A stretch of 64,000 nt of DNA from Somniosus microcephalus (lineage: Eukaryota), in the NCBI GenBank assembly GCA_052327205.1, contig CM126204.1:148118001-148182000 (forward strand). Direction: 5' to 3'. A program made the translations under genes and the position numbers. Of the stretch, positions 1 to 12,707 are shown in pieces. The notes under the pieces were generated by a model. It saw nothing but the letters and a program-made list of their open reading frames with translations. It did not search any database and was not told the DNA's origin. How positions within the stretch are numbered: the stretch's first letter is position 1; each line of letters opens with the position of its first letter.

Positions 1-153
1 GATCAGGCCATCAATTCCATTCTGCTTCAGTATTCTCCTGTTTTCAGACTCATTGGTATCATCGCCCCAGCAAAAAATGACCAATTCTTTTGACTTGGCT
101 TGTTGAATATAGTCCAGATTTCGCAGCAAGTCCTCTGCATGAACATTGACTCC
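1..153 (-). CDS. GPCPD1: GPCPD1 exon 19, truncated by the window edge (GVNVHAEDLLRN...VIFCWGDDTN...GIDGLI)
   Basis: FCWGDDTN and G.DGLI motifs at the GDPD C-terminus; aag acceptor at 155-154. Confidence 0.95.
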
Positions 154-278
154 CTTTTAACAGAAAACAGAAAGTTTAAGTAGTGGAACAAGGAAATTAA
201 GTTACAGTATTTGAAAGCATAATATTAAACACAGTACTCTTGCTTGGGTACATGGAAACGTACAGGACCGGTACTTAC

Positions 279-414
279 CAGAATGTTTTCAGACTGTGCA
301 AAACTCATTGCAATTGGTGTGGTTCGGCATCGGAGATCCATAAGCTCTGGATAGATGTTAGAATAGCCTTGGGTCAAGAAAAGAACTGGATACTTGTTTT
401 GCTTCTGCCTGATC
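279..414 (-). CDS. GPCPD1: GPCPD1 exon 18 (IRQKQNKYPVLFLTQG...TTPIAMSFAQSENIL)
   Basis: KQNKYP.LFLTQG motif; tttctag acceptor and CTG|gtaagt donor; 136 nt. Confidence 0.95.
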
Positions 415-1511
415 CTAGAAAAATAAAATTGTTAAGTATTTAACTTTGGAAAAAAAAACATTAACTCTCCCCCTTGCCTGAGGACTAATGGGAAAGAGGC
501 AGTAATGTGCAGTGCCTCCAACCTACTTTATTAAGGCCCTCAAATATTCAGGTTCTAGGTACTGAGAAGAGCACAAAATGTGTTTTTTTATATCATAGTG
601 TGCTACTAGTGGCAGGAATATTTGGTCTGGCACTGATGGCACACTATTTAACTGGTTAGCTACTTCTGGCTGTTCAGGTTTACAATGAGAGCAATTTAGT
701 CATCAACACAGGAATTTGAAGAATTCTGAAGATAATTTGATGAATTAGTGGCTTAGATTGTACTTGAAGAAAATGGCTGATTTTGCTTGCAACATACCGA
801 GGAAATAAAATTAATTTGGTTTCTGAAAGACATGTCATTAGATATTAGGGAATTCCAGTATTAGACAGTATTCTAAAATTAGCTGACTTAAAACGAGTAC
901 ACAAAACATCAACTACACATAAAATGCACACAAAAGCAGTGACTAAACTTCAGAAAAGTAATTTATTGGTTAAGTACTTGAGGCAACCCGAGGTGAAGAG
1001 TGCTATATAAAATTCAATTTTCTCTAGCAAGATAATCTCTCTCATTTACATTCAAATTAGTCAACAAAAAACTGATCAACATACTGATTTAACCACCAAA
1101 TGCAGTAATAATCTTGTTGAAAAGTTGATAACTTAATACTTGTGTGCCATAAAGTACTTTGGCAGCACTACAACTCCCATACAAAATGCTTAGGTTCTTG
1201 AACCGGAGAATCAAATTCCAATCTCAAGTCTTGATGATATTCATATGTGGCTTTCCCCAAATGCCAAGTTTTTCCAGTCTCAAATATACATGTTTTCTCT
1301 TTGGGAAGGGGAAAATGAAAGAAGAGTAAATGAATTCCTGGATTAATGATGGGTGGAAAACTAAAAATCAGCTACAGCTGCTACTCCCGTCTTTTATCTG
1401 CTGCAAGTGTGCGCGTGTGTACATTGGATATGTCTGTTTTGTTGGACAGGATCAGGCTGCACTGCCAGCAAGGAAAAAATATTAATTTCAAATATCAAAA
1501 AATAAACTTAC

Positions 1512-1648
1512 ATTGAACAGACATCAGCAACAAACGAGGAGAATACTATTCTTCGATTAGATACATTTTCCAAGACACATTTTAGGATTATATCAATAGC
1601 TTGATTCATGTCCAAATAGGTTGGCATGTTGCCCTCCCAGGTACCATC
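1512..1648 (-). CDS. GPCPD1: GPCPD1 exon 17 (DGTWEGNMPTYLDMNQAIDIILKCVLENVSNRRIVFSSFVADVCSM)
   Basis: RRIVFSSF motif; tag acceptor and AT|gtaag donor; 137 nt. Confidence 0.95.
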
Positions 1649-2169
1649 CTATTAACAGAGGAAAATACACAATTATTATGCATGTTTGTAACATTTTAAA
1701 ACTTGTTTTAGTTTCTGTAGACAACCAATACAATTAAAAACAGCATATAAGCAGTGCATAAAGTACAACCTCAAATAAAACATTGTAAAACATGCTAAGT
1801 AGCAGCATTCTTTGTCTGACATTACAGTGACTTGCAAGCCATGCCAAGCATTCATGATTGAAAACTAAAAAACAGTTGAGTTTGAAAAATAAACTAGGTC
1901 ATGAATCTATTTTGCTAATTCCTTCCTCCAATTTCCTTCTGCTGCAATAACAGACTCCCACACCAGCTATCTTCATGGCCTCTCAACAAAATGTCTTATT
2001 TAGTGGAATAGTGCAGAGCTGCAATCAGTTTTGTGCTGCAGACCTGTGCCTATTGGGTTCATATTTCCTAAATTAATTTCCCACTAGGGTCAACAAAGAA
2101 GAACTGTTAATCTCAAGTCTATGCTAGATTTAAAAGCAAGTGTCAAAGATGCAAGAAAGAATATTGGTC

Positions 2170-2370
2170 AGGACACCTGCTTGTCTTCAAATAGTGCAAT
2201 GGGATTTTGGTTTAACATCGCATCTGAAAGACGCCACCTCCAACAATGCAGAACACCCTTGGTATTGCAATGAAGTGTCAGCATCAACTACCTGCTGAAT
2301 TAATGGAGTAGGGCTTGAACTCACAACCTTGAGTCAGAGGCAACAGTGCTACCAACTAAGCCAAGTCAAC
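2170..2370 (-). mobile_element. Same SINE family, older reverse-orientation partial copy
   Basis: Reverse complement of the head and core (ggttgtgagttcaagccc; ggaggtggcgtctttcagatg). Another reverse copy lies at ~15640-16030. Confidence 0.65.
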
Positions 2371-3012
2371 ACTTGCTAATCCACTGTGCTTAGTTACAGA
2401 TTGAAGCCTTTTCTTGTACATTAACAACTTGAAATAGCCTTTCATTTTCTGAATGGTAGTTATAAAAGTAACCTGTAAATTAGTCTTTAGCGTTTAATGA
2501 AAGCAAATGGAAGATGTCCAACAACATTCTGCATGCTTTTAAGTGTTTATAGGACTATGTTTTTATTAGTCCAACAGGTGGAAAGCATCCTAAATTTCCA
2601 TATCCATTAACTGAAAACCTAAGCTCCATCATTCTGCATAAACAAATGAGGTTAACAATTCAATTACAACATATATAAAAATTCAGACCAAGTACTACGC
2701 TACAAATCATCAAGTAATACAATGTTGCGATCAGTTAACAAAAGGGCGTAATTGTTGACAAATAAGCAAGCAATGTTAGTATCCTTTCCCCGGTATCCTC
2801 TCCCCAACATCCAATACAAAAATCACCAGTCCGATAAATGACGATCAAGAATGGATAAACTGTCAAGTAATGCAAGTGAAGTTCTGCCCTAGAACTTAGC
2901 AGGTTATGACGATGCTAACATTGTAAATAAGTTTCAGACTGCTGCACGGACCACATCCCAACAAAAACACAAAAGGCACAATGTTGTACTACTGAGGACA
3001 TATATTACTTAC

Positions 3013-3078
3013 TTTTTGTTGATAGGGCCATTTGACTTCTATGTTGAATCCAATGTGCTCAGGTACACATACTAAAAC
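3013..3078 (-). CDS. GPCPD1: GPCPD1 exon 16 (VLVCVPEHIGFNIEVKWPYQQK)
   Basis: GFNIE(I/V)K GDPD motif; ttttag acceptor and AAA|gtaagt donor; 66 nt. Confidence 0.94.
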
Positions 3079-3415
3079 CTAAAAAAAAATAAATGACATT
3101 TAATTCATGCTAAAATGTGATTCACAAAAAAGTTGAACACAAATTAAATTTCAGAAATAAAATATTAACAGCTTTCTAAAATAGGCAATTAATTTCACAT
3201 GTAAATGAAACTTGAAAGTGCAAAAATATATATTAAACTCTAATCATGTAAAGAAAATACCTATGTAAAGAAAATATATGGCAACAGTGGCGTACCATTT
3301 TCATTCCACTCGTTAACATCCTCACAACTCACATGTAGTCCCTCAATCAAGGGATGGAAATGGTGTTCTAAAGTGACCTATTGGGCATTCTATATAAATC
3401 AATCAAATTATGTAC

Positions 3416-3477
3416 CTGCTGCAAGGGAGGAAATGGCTGGTTTTCTGAAACATCATTTTCATCATCCACTGAATTTT
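3416..3477 (-). CDS. GPCPD1: GPCPD1 exon 15 (ENSVDDENDVSENQPFPPLQQ)
   Basis: SENQPFP motif; tag acceptor and CAG|gtacat donor; 62 nt. Confidence 0.92.
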
Positions 3478-5612
3478 CTATGGAATTAAAAAATCAAAGA
3501 ACTTAGATATGAATTTTGAACAAATCAGATTAAACATCTTCCTACAAAATCATGGATAAACACAGCAATGGTTAGAATAAAGACTAAATATATAAAACTC
3601 AGCTAATGCATTCAATTTAATGAAAACACAAAACTTTGACAATGTGTTTCAAGCAGACTTGCTTTCAAAAAGGTGCCAAAAGGTTGATGGATGAAATTAA
3701 TTTAATTTGTTGCCCAAGACAGGTTTTGTTTCAAGGCAAAATTTAGAACAACTAGTTTCAGTGAAATTGATGATTTAATTTCATTACTCACGTGTGTTTG
3801 ATGGCATTTCCAATCCCTTGATCAGTATACTCAAGTGACCTAGCTTCCCATGACATTATCCTACTACAATTTTCATGTTAAACTATGGACAATGGGTATC
3901 TTATAGATAAGAGAGGCAGCTGGTAGTTTTAGGGAGGGGCTGTGGAAACATAGGAACACTGCTGGCGAGAAGCTCAAAACCAACGTTAATATGAAAAAAT
4001 GTGTATTGCAACTTTTTAACTATAATGTCTGAAAGTATGATGGACAATCTTTCATGGTAAACTATGAAATATTTGTATTTCACTGCTCTTACTGCTGAGT
4101 AAGAGAGTCACAACCAAGTTGCATAGGTCATTCACAAGCAAAAATAAATTTCACTTCACTATATATTCCATTTATATTATGGTTGTGCAAAAATAAATTT
4201 AAGGAACACTAGAGGTAGTTAAAGGGGAAGGAAAATCTGGGGAACATTACTTATTCAACGCACTCAATTTTCCAAGTAGCTGCCAATACAGACCAAAGTA
4301 GCAAAGTAATACAGACCATTAGGGTCTCAGTTTCAACTGGTCTGCACTGAGTTAACTGACCTCACACTGGGCAGGGGCTGGGAATATGGGGATGATGGAG
4401 GCAGAAGAGATGTTACAGCTGGCCTGAGCACCCTGCATTAATGGGGGACAGAACTGACATGGGGTTACCACTCCTGATCAATGGCCAATGACTCTACTAA
4501 AAATGTGTGTGTTTGGGCAACGGGTCAAGACAATTTGTGACAGTCACCATCAAAACTCACATGAATAATGGCCACTTGGTTAAGGGGAAGTGGGTGATGG
4601 GGGAGTAACTGCTGCCTGTGGAATCCTACTCAGCAAGACATCACATTTGAGGGCAATGAGGGGATAGAGCAGGGAGGGAAAAAAGCATTTTACCACTACA
4701 GAAATTGAACCTTAACAGGTCTCAGCAGATGTATCTGCCATTTTTCTCAGACTCAAGCTGCATGTTTAAGGCTGACAAAACTGGGCAGGTTTGTTTTATT
4801 ACCTCTACAACAAATAGAACCAAGTGATAACTTAAAATAAATCTGGTACATTACAAACATGAACTCCTTTTTTGCCTTTAACAATGCAAGTGATCCCCAT
4901 AGTAATGAAAAAATGATTAGTATGGATTTTAGATTCTGAATCTTACTGTAATAAACTGAGAATGGATACTTGCTAGTAATTGCAAGACAATAATCTGAGG
5001 GGTTCAGAAAATATCAAACTGCAAGAATGAAAATTGAGGTTTATAGCAGGCACCCAAACTCCAAGATGAGATCACAGCCTTGAAATCATTTCAACAATTT
5101 GATTTTTAAAAATGAGAATTTTATTGGGATTTCTTTTTGCTGTTTAAGATCTGTGGATTTCTATCACTGGCTAGCATTAGAGATACCGGCAGCAAGTGTG
5201 CTCCATGTGAAGCAATAGTGTTACTATAATTTGGTTAAGTATGTATTTATTTCCAAGTATGAAAGATCTTTTCAAATAAACTGCCAAAAGTACAATTTGC
5301 ATTCCTGACTCTGAATTTACATGCAAAATAGAATGAGATATACAAAGCCGAAAGAATACTTTTGAATTCAAAGCATTCTTAGAAAAAAAGAGAGTCTGGT
5401 TATTGATGTAGAAATACTGTAATTCACAAAAGAATTAAACAACATGTTTTAAAACTAACTGGTTCAAAAAGAACATCCATTTTCTAGATTGTCATTTGGA
5501 AGACTATTAGTAGGACAGCTTTTATAAAGGATTTCAAAATACAATTCTAAAACATAACCATTAAATCAAAATGTCATGTGGAACCTTTGAAACTTTCCAA
5601 CTCTATATGTAC

Positions 5613-5652
5613 CTTTATCGCCATTCACCTTCAAAGCAGCCACATGAGCCAA
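5613..5652 (-). CDS. GPCPD1: GPCPD1 exon 14 (LAHVAALKVNGDK)
   Basis: tctttcag acceptor and G|gtacat donor; matches recalled LTHVTALK; 40 nt. Confidence 0.9.
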
Positions 5653-5780
5653 CTGAAAGATAAAAATGGCAAGTGATTGTGCCACTTATTAGTTATGAAA
5701 GATAGTATGAGTATAGCAGTTCACTGTTGTGCCCATACTTCAAAAAATTGCCATACTATGTAACCTTGCTTATACAAGTA

Positions 5781-6105
5781 CAGGAAACTCTTCATCTGGT
5801 GGTGCGTGGTGCCGGTTTATCAAAAAGGCCGGATTACAGAGAGGTACAGTTAAAAAGGTACAAGAGCTCCGTACACAGCAACAAATCCAGGCTTCCCTGT
5901 TGCTTAGCAACAGGTGCAGGAACCCCGGCCACAAGATCCAGGCATCCCTGTTGCTTAGCAACAGGTGCAGGAACCCCGGTTACACAGCCACAGATCCAGG
6001 AATGGCCACTAATATGAAGTAAAACTTACCTGAACCTAGTCCTGAATTTTGCCGGTTAACAGAGATTTCCTGTTATTTAGGTGCCGGTAAATCGAAAGTT
6101 TCCTG
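5781..6105. mobile_element. Non-autonomous Tc1/mariner (pogo/Tigger-type) MITE
   Basis: TA|CAGGAAACT...AGTTTCCTG|TA terminal inverted repeats with a TA target duplication; internal 51-bp tandem repeat at 5885-5985. Confidence 0.8.
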
Positions 6106-6877
6106 TATAAACATGCACCCTTGCTTACATAAGCTTAACATGGAAGTTACAGTCCAAACAGAATTCAAAACAAGTTAGAAGGCAATACTGAACAATTAGA
6201 ATTTGTAACTTTTGAGCCTTCAGATTTCTCTTAAAAGTGACTTCACACAAAATAAGAACTTTGTGCAATGTAAAGAAAGTAAATTACTCTACAATAAGTT
6301 ACCTTAAAGTAACCATGACCCATTTGGCAATTGCTCTTGCTTTTAGGTTTTCCCACGCCATGCATTATTTCAGCTAAGACAGTGGCTATCTGACCTGCTC
6401 CCAGGCCTTCATCACTGCTGCCCAAATACATTGCTAGGTGATGAGAGCAGCTGGGAGCAACTCAGCTGCTGATTTTCTTCCTCTCTCCCTGTGGGATACA
6501 CCTATGTTCCACTGGATCAGAAACTTGACAATATTCAGAATCATGGATGGAAACACTCCTTCCAAAGCTCAGAGCAGCAGATTGCTATATCAACCTCCTG
6601 CTCACAGACACCTACATTTGAAGCAACAAAATTATTGACAAAGAAATTCTAACCACAAGACATTATACTGAAACAATCATTTTTCAATTTTTTGCAAAGA
6701 CCAGATGAGTGCCTTTTTTTTTTAATATAAAGTATTGTGCGATTTCATAAGCAATACTAATGATCAATGTTGCTTAAAAAAAAAAACCACAAAATGATTA
6801 GTACTCATTACACCAGAATTAGAAGGACCAAGAGACTGAAGGAATTTTTAGGGTAAAGAAAGAAATGTAAATATAAT

Positions 6878-6966
6878 AGAAAATGCTGGAAACACTCAGC
6901 AAGTCAGGCAGCATCAAAGAGAGAGAAACAGAGTCAACGTTTTGAGTCGGAGACCCTTCATCAGAA
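6878..6966 (-). mobile_element. Solo Penelope-terminal-repeat-like short repeat with degenerate hammerhead
   Basis: Similar to 13965-14100, 17065-17190, 25578-25670 and 32935-33085. CUGAUGA and stem II are present, but GAAA is changed to AAAA. Confidence 0.7.
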
Positions 6967-7154
6967 ATGTAATGCTCAATTAATAGATGCTCAAGGATGA
7001 ACTATTTTTATATTAATGTAATAAACGAGAAAAAAAAACTTGCAGTAGACATTATTGGCTTCACAAAAAATTAAACAGAATGTTTCACGAAAGATGGCCG
7101 AATAAGCCAAGCGATAATGATTAGGGTTGATATAACTATCAAAAAGACCAAATA

Positions 7155-7732
7155 TGGGGAGAAAAGTTCAGCACTAACGGGGAGCAAAGCAACTAGTGCC
7201 CGGGCGCGGCGCTGCCTTCCGCGAAATTCAACAGGTGGTTAGTGGCAGCGGTAACTGGTAGCGCTCCGCGCCGCCGGCGATGAAGTCATCGCCGTGCGCA
7301 GCACCCCATTTGCAATCTTCAGGAGTGCCCCGACTTACCGCCAGACGCTATTTCCGACGGAGTCAGGAGGGCCTACTTGCGGCCGGGGAGGCGCTATTTA
7401 AAGGAGGTGTGGGGCAGCCATTTTTGTTGCTGGCCAGCACCTGCCTCCGTTCCAGTCCCCGGCCTCCTTACCTGCCCCCCCAGCGGAGTGCTGGCTGCGC
7501 TCCACGAGCCCGGCACTAGAGTGCCTGGCTCTTTTGCCGGCACTCCCGATCTCCGGGAGCCCAGCTGGGCCCCAGGTCCCCAGCTGGGCCCCGGGTCACG
7601 CTGCACAAGGCCCCTCCCCTTTAAGGGGAGGAAGGCCTGCAATACCGCGGCACATAGCGCCGCGATATTCCCTCGCAGCACCCCAAGAGGGAGGCAAGGC
7701 TACCACTCAAGTTCCGTCAATTTTTAGCCCGA
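7155..7732. mobile_element. GC/CpG-rich palindromic insertion, candidate non-autonomous DNA transposon (PIF/Harbinger-like termini)
   Basis: Sharp GC-rich block in an AT-rich intron; imperfect inverted ends ggggagaaaagtt / aatttttagccc; internal hairpins. Confidence 0.5.
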
Positions 7733-10700
7733 TCTCAAAAGCAATTTTGGTGGAAATTAGTAATAAGAACAGTGGCAACTGACACGGACAAGCCAACTGA
7801 AGGTAAACTCAGAATTGATTGAGGTCCTAAATGAGAATACATGAAATTGTAGTAATTAACAGAGGTGACACATGGAAAGAATTTCACGTAAGAAATCTGG
7901 CTGCTCAACACAAAAAAGGCGACCGAGAAGTGACCAGATAGAAGGTCTTTAAAATTATAAAAGGGATTAGATAGGGTAGACAAAAAAAAGTTTCCACTTA
8001 TTGGGGGGGGGGGGGGGGGGCGGGAATCCAAAACCAAGGACCATAAATAAATCCAATAAAGAATTCAGGTGTAACTTCTTTATTCAGACTGGTGAGAATG
8101 TGGAATCCACCAGCCCTAGTACCTCCTTATATGGCTCGATGTCAAATTTTGATTGATAACGCTCCAGTGACGTGCCTTGGGAAGTTTTACTATGTTAAAA
8201 GGTGCTATATAAATAAAAGTTGTTGCTGTTGTAGTAGTAAACACCAGCATAACCAGTTGGGCCAAATGGCCTGTTCCTGTGCTATAAATTCTATGCAACA
8301 ACCCAGCTCCTGTGAAAATTCTGGTCAATAACTGAGGTCCCATTGTAATGAGAATGTGGTCAATAAATAAAACTAATTAATAGTGAGATAGCTTTCAATG
8401 CAGTGAATAGAAACTAAACAGATTCTATCCAGTTTGTCACTAATGCAAGACCACCTTCTGGACCATTCCATACAAGTTTGGGCACCGCCAACCACGATTC
8501 TAGGACTTAAAAGACTAAGCAATGCTCACAAAATTTGATTAATATTTGAAGAAAAGTTGACAAGGGATGCGGTTCAAGTCTTTAAAACAGACAAGTAGGT
8601 TACTCGAAAGAGGATAGTAAAACTAGCACAACTGGTATAAAACTGGCAAGCCTGAAGCAAGAGCAGAAATTAAAAGCATTTGTCCATACTGAGAGTACCA
8701 GATATGGGAAACAGACTCCAAATCAAACATAATGTTGAGCCCTTTAGAAAAAAAATAGCTGTAAAGGTAATGGAGGACATTGAAGCGCTGTGCAACTCTA
8801 CTCCTGGAAGGGCAGGCACTGCAATTGGGAGTGGTGGGGAGGGCAGCGTATAAAATCATAGGAGAAAGTCTGGAGCAAATTTTTAAAAATATATTTTGAA
8901 AAAGATGGATGAATGTCTGGTTAGGAATGGGATGGAAAGTTATAACCATAGAGCCAGGTAATCAAATACTCTATATGCAATACTGGTTCCAGTTCTGCTG
9001 AGTCAGTAATGGAGTGCAATCAATGAGGGTTGAATACTGTAGACTGCAATGCTAAATCAATATCAAGTTCTGCTAAATAATCTTCAGGTTCCAGGAGAAA
9101 TTTCATAGGACTTCAGCTTCTTAAAGGTTTTACCTTTTTCAGGAGATTAAATAAATTGGGAAGACGCCACAATAGTGGAAATTATAGTGGGCTGTTGATC
9201 AAGCTCAGCCAATGCTCTTTCTTGATCCACACTTGTAAAATGTTCTTAGTCTTTAGTATTACCAAGTTATTACTAGATTCAATAAAAAAACACGAAGGTT
9301 TCAAGCATGTACATAAATATATTTGACATTATATTGCTGACGGTACTTTTAATCCATTGCCCTGAGGGGTTACTTTTGCTTTTGAGAGGAGGACTCAATA
9401 TTTTTATTGGAATTATTTTTGTGGTGGTGAAAGAATCAGAAACACACACTTTAGAAGTATTTAAACAAAAGTGCACAAATGTAGGTAAAGCATTTATTGA
9501 AACTATCTTATGTTTCCATTTAAAAGAACCAATAAACTTCCAGTAACAGCAACAGGGATAAAGAATGTTAGCACTCAAGTCTCTGCATTCCTAATCCAAA
9601 TTCACCTGGCAGTAAATTGGCTTTTATTCCTCTACAGCTTTACAGTTATCTAGAGCTACTTGATATGCCTTAACAATTCCAGCAGTCTTCATTGCGTTTC
9701 CAAATTTCCCACAATTAGCTGACTCGCTCAGGCCTTCATTGCTTATTCTCTTTGCTGCATGGTGCTCCACTGGTTGACTTGGATCCTCATGGAACCCATT
9801 CCCATGATTGCAGATGAGATCAGGGGATGAACATAACAATGGAATTTCAGAAGTACTGCACTGAAATGTTCATTCTCCTTATTGTCACTCTGGGGTGTCA
9901 TAATGGCTATTAAGGCCACAGAGACCCATGTTTTGTGGCAGAATATGTATGGCCATGAAGGTGGTTTTCCAGATCACTAAATGAAGTGACTATTACAGCA
10001 TAATTGATCCCCGACAGCAAAAACTGGTAACTTGGAAAGGAGTTCTACAAGCAGCACTTGAGTGCCCCAAGAATTTGAAAGAGGCCACTTCCCAACTGCT
10101 TCCATTATCAGATAGGTAAGGGCCACTGTTTCCATCTCCACACTGCCCTCCCTCAAATCTTTTACCAACTCCTGCAATATGGACTCATCCAATTTGTTAG
10201 CCACTGTTTAGAGACACATCTGTTACTTTCATATTGCTTTCAGTCTCTTCATCCATGTGCCAAAATCTTGCACATCAGCAGACTGGCGTGAAGATTGGGG
10301 TGATTCAATTCCTTCTGGGAGAAGAGGCTAAAGTGCCTCATACATGCTGCACAAAGGCAGTGCGATTGTTTCCTTGTTCCTTTCATTTCCTTAAAGTGAC
10401 ATTTTTCATACAAGCGAGGCATCTAGCTATCTGGCAAAACCAGAGACTTTTCTTTCCATCAAACTAGCCAAAGTTAAATTGATGTCTTTTATTCCATTTT
10501 AACTTGGACCTGGTCACCGAAAGAACAGGTGATGTCTATTTAACATAGTTTTTTTTTGGGGGGGGGGGGGCGGCTGCGTAACTGGTTTACAGAATGTATA
10601 CCTCATGCCCATCTTCACTGCTACGTGGGTATACGGAGTATTTAAAAAGACAGATCTTTAATGTTTCGGCCAATTATACTGAGCAATAATCCTCAAGGAA

Positions 10701-11384
10701 GTTCAGAATTTAACAAACATACTGGACTTCTATCTCCTTCAATTTTTCTGGAATTACCACTTAAGGCTCACCTATACACATTTATCAAGAGGTTGATCAA
10801 ACTTTTGTATACCACTGGAATTTACAGCTGTGTCAGGAGGTGCCAGGCTTTGAATATTGCCCCATGAGAGCATGCAAATTTACAACATTGGCTACACCTC
10901 AAAAAAGTACTTCATTGGCTGCAAAGTGCTTTGGGACGTCCCGAGGTCACAAAAGGTGCTATATAAATGCAAGTCTTTCTTTCAAATAAATGCGGTTCTC
11001 TCAAGATATTTCAGACCATGCCAGTCAATTTTCTAGGTCTGATGACAAAAGCTTGTGTGCATTAATGTGCAAATTCCAAACTGGCTGGCTGACTATTACA
11101 CCTTGGCTTTTCCTCATTGTGCATTAGGTCGAGTGATGGGTATGACATGAAATAGTTTTGTGGATGCTTTTATCAACTGTAGTCATGTTTATTATTTGTG
11201 CAGTACTATCATTATATTGTCATCCATATCAGTCTAGCATACTTTGCTTTTGCTATTAGATATTAACTATATGGGAAAGAGCAGGGGAGTGGGACTAACT
11301 GGACTGCTCTTTGAAAGGGCCAGTGCAGACTCAATGGGCCAAATGGCCTCTTTCTGTGCTGTACTATTCTATATAGCTTCTTAC

Positions 11385-11462
11385 CTTTAATAGCTGTAAC
11401 TGTACAAATGTAAGTTCCTTTACTGGAATTTCAAACAATTCTGAAGATTCTTTGTCCATTTT
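11385..11462 (-). CDS. GPCPD1: GPCPD1 exon 13 (KMDKESSELFEIPVKELTFVQLQLLK)
   Basis: ttttcag acceptor and AAG|gtaaga donor; 78 nt. Confidence 0.94.
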
Positions 11463-11857
11463 CTGAAAACATAAAAGCCACATTGGAAATGTGAGCAATA
11501 TATTCAAAAAACCCCACAAAAACTGTTGCTACAGAAGATTATGAAAATTATTTAAAAATTAGTTAAGTCACAAGACTTAATTCCACTACATTAATAAAAT
11601 AGAATCTAACATTTACACAAGCGGAGAGTTTGTGCTATTTGACTGACCTAAAGCAGATAATGTTTTTCCAATGGGGCAATAAAATTACATAATTTTCAAA
11701 AGATCAAATCCAGTGGAAATACATTATTCTAATCCTTCACTGGCACAGGCAAAAATATTAAGGGCAAAAGAAGCAGCTAGACCTGAACAAAAAGCAGGAA
11801 ATAATTCTCAAAGACTAACCCATTAACTTATATTAAACAAATGGGCCTCATTTAAGC

Positions 11858-12272
11858 ATCAGCCGTGGCTCAGTGGGTAGCTCTCTAGTCGGAGTCAGAA
11901 GGCTGTGGGTTCAAGCCCCACTACTTGAGCACAAAAAGCAGGGCTAACACCCCAGTGCAGTTTTGAGGGAGTGCTGCACTGTTGGAGGTGCCGTCTTTCG
12001 GGTGGATGTAAAAGATCCCATGGCATGATTTCAAAGAACAGCAGGGAAGTTATTCTCAGTGTCCTGGCCAATATGTATCCCTCAACCAACATCACTAAAA
12101 CAGATCATCTGGTCACAACATTGCTGTTTGTGGCAGCTTGCTTTCCACAAATTGCCTACCATGTTTTCTACATTACAACAGTGACTACACTTCCAAAGTA
12201 CTTCATTGGCTGTAAAGCGCTTTCAAACGTCCGGAGGTCATGAAAGGCGCAAAAGAAATGCAAGTTCTTTCT
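11858..12272 (+). mobile_element. tRNA-derived SINE, SacSINE1/Deu-SINE-like
   Basis: A box tggctcagtgg, B box ggttcaagccc, core gtgctgcactgttggaggtgccgtcttt...gtaaaagatcccatggca, and an L2-type tail. Confidence 0.8.
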
Positions 12273-12707
12273 TTCTCATTTACAGAATGCGATTGGGTTG
12301 GATGGGTTGAATGGTCTTTTCTTATTTCATTTCATATGTTTTTACTAACTGGCACTATTCTCAAAGTACTGAATATAAACATACTTCTGCATCTCTTCAC
12401 ATTTCTTAACAATTGTTCTTTTAAAACTTAGTCAGGAATGCCAGTCCTAGGACACAAAGCATTTTATCTTTACAACCAGTGTCAACACCAAGTACTCTGG
12501 ATGGAGCGCAGGCCAAAGCTTCCTCCAAACCTTGAGTACCTGCACTACAGTGACATTCCCATACTAACCATCCTTGCAGTATTAGACTAAATTTGCCCAT
12601 TAGTGCCAAATTATAGGCAATTTTATGCTGTGGACTGTCGTCACTAGGAAATGGGGCAAGATTGCCCACATTAATTTCTTGTAATCCCCATAGTTATTAG
12701 GAAGAAT

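Noticed and set aside
4320-4680. Possible ancient SINE-like repeat, with loosely similar stretches at ~1350-1460 and ~29990-30290
   Set aside because: Similarity is too degraded to set boundaries or name a family by eye.
5727-6022. ORFs with an internal peptide repeat, and a superficially CRISPR-like palindromic repeat
   Set aside because: Only two 51-bp tandem units with no unique spacers, inside a TA-flanked MITE, in a eukaryotic intron with no cas genes.
7280-7782. Cluster of Pro/Gly/Arg-rich ORFs
   Set aside because: By-product of the GC-rich insertion; open in several frames at once.
11858-11930. tRNA-like sequence with A and B boxes (also ~41910-41980)
   Set aside because: These are SINE heads continuing into SINE core and tail, not complete tRNA cloverleaves.
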